Source of the DNA: Pirellulales bacterium
Lineage (GTDB): Bacteria; Planctomycetota; Planctomycetia; Pirellulales; PALSA-1355
Assembly (NCBI GenBank): GCA_963733035.1
Contig: CAVTBU010000006.1
Span: 288,001-352,000, forward strand
Length of the DNA: 64,000 bases
Direction of reading: 5' to 3'
The position numbers and the translations under genes were made by a program. Of this stretch, positions 62,999 through 64,000 are shown piece after piece. Below the pieces are notes generated by a model. The model saw only the letters and a list, made by a program, of their open reading frames with translations. It was not told where the DNA came from and made no database searches. Every line of letters starts with the position of its first letter. The first letter of the stretch is position 1.

Positions 62999-64000
62999 AT
63001 GGCAACGGACGCACAGACCAATCGGGCGCGCGACGAAAGTGGGCCCATTCGCGTGCTCATCGTCGACAATGAAGCGGCCCATGCGCAGGCAGTATCCGAG
63101 AGTCTGCAGCGTGTCGGCTACGATTGCACCGTGGCCACCAGTGGTCCCCAGGGTCTGAAGGCCATCAACGAAGGGTCGTTCGACATCGTGATCACGGACC
63201 TGGTGATGAACGAAGTCGACGGCCTGCAGGTACTGGCTCATACCAAGCAAAAGTTGCCCGATGCCGAAGTGATTCTGGTCACTGGGCACGGCACGATCCC
63301 CTCGGCCGTCAGCGCCATGCAACAGGGGGCGTTCAACTACTTGCTCAAGCCCCTCGACTTGAGTCAATTGCGGGCCGTGGCTGAGAGGGCTTCCGAGAGT
63401 CTGCGATTGCGGCAGCAAAATGCCGAACTCAACCGCCGGCTGGACGAACGGTTCGGCTTTGAGGGCGTGATCGGCAACAGTCGCCAGATGCACGAGGTCA
63501 TCGACCGCCTGAAGCGCATCGCTCCGACGGACGCCAGTGTACTCATCCAGGGCGCCACCGGCACCGGCAAGGAACTCGTGGCCCAGGCCATCCATCAAAA
63601 TAGCCCGCGCAAGAATAAGCCCTTTGTGGCACTCAATTGCGCTGCCCTGAGCGAGAACATTCTCGAAAGCGAACTTTTCGGTCACGTCCGCGGTGCTTTC
63701 ACCGACGCCTCGAGCGACCGGGTGGGTAAGTTTGAGTACGCCAACGGCGGCACCCTGTTTCTGGACGAAGTCGGCGACATGCCGCTGGCCACGCAGATCA
63801 AGCTGCTGCGGGTATTGGAGAACAGCGAGATTACGCGGGTCGGTTCGAACGAGAACATTCCGGTGAACGTGCGGATCCTGTCGGCCACGAACCGGAACCT
63901 CGAGGAGTCTATCGCGGCCAGTACATTCCGCAGCGACCTGTATCACCGGCTGAAGGTTGTCACGATCGATCTGCCGTGCCTGACCGCACGCAGCCAGGAC
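62999..64000 (+). CDS. NtrC-family sigma54-dependent response regulator (runs off the window end)
   Basis: Missing from the ORF track because it is open-ended; receiver VLIVDN...VITDLVM...TGHG...KP; AAA+ [28 protein letters not shown]. Confidence 0.92.
   Translation, partial: MATDAQTNRARDESGPIRVLIVDNEAAHAQAVSESLQRVGYDCTVATSGPQGLKAINEGSFDIVITDLVMNEVDGLQVLAHTKQKLPDAEVILVTGHGTIPSAVSAMQQGAFNYLLKPLDLSQLRAVAERASESLRLRQQNAELNRRLDERFGFEGVIGNSRQMHEVIDRLKRIAPTDASVLIQGATGTGKELVAQAIHQNSPRKNKPFVALNCAALSENILESELFGHVRGAFTDASSDRVGKFEYANGGTLFLDEVGDMPLATQIKLLRVLENSEITRVGSNENIPVNVRILSATNRNLEESIAASTFRSDLYHRLKVVTIDLPCLTARSQD

Noticed and set aside
62768..63946. 392-aa minus-strand ORF, and similar long antisense ORFs (e.g. 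49596-51224, 16761-18029, 39694-40755)
   Set aside because: Shadow ORFs of real genes on the opposite strand, expected with high-GC codon bias.

Overview
GC-rich bacterial chromosomal window, most likely a planctomycete (Pirellulales-like). This is inferred from the csrA paralog, the Rieske plus cytochrome b/diheme-c fusion, STN-like membrane proteins, a small 'RFSL'-motif protein and a TPR expansion. Most of it is housekeeping or metabolic: surE, nrnA, ribF, ppx, nnrD, larB, accBC, PPi-type pfk, hisDCB, ltaE, gdh, comEC, DAHP synthase, a desaturase, rpsO-pnp, and a histidine kinase/NtrC pair. Best new observation: an unannotated 24-codon, probably leaderless, leader peptide (MNDFLRVYFWYFFIPLSRGAGGGT, 35964-36038). 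It has six consecutive aromatic codons (Phe, Tyr, Trp) and mutually exclusive antiterminator/terminator pairings, directly upstream of DAHP synthase, which looks like a ribosome-mediated attenuator sensing all three aromatic amino acids. Also notable: a 10.7-kb array of five paralogous TPR genes (two GT41/SPINDLY-like, two GT9-like, one TPR-only), transcribed divergently from a membrane Ser/Thr pseudokinase and its partner; a Glu dehydrogenase coupled to a cNMP-domain protein lacking the conserved Arg; a sigma54-type promoter before csrA; a degenerate Nudix protein; and a small IS3/IS30-scarred islet. At least seven genes carry single indels or a nonsense codon, most simply explained as assembly errors. 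All calls come from reading motifs by eye; no database searches were run.
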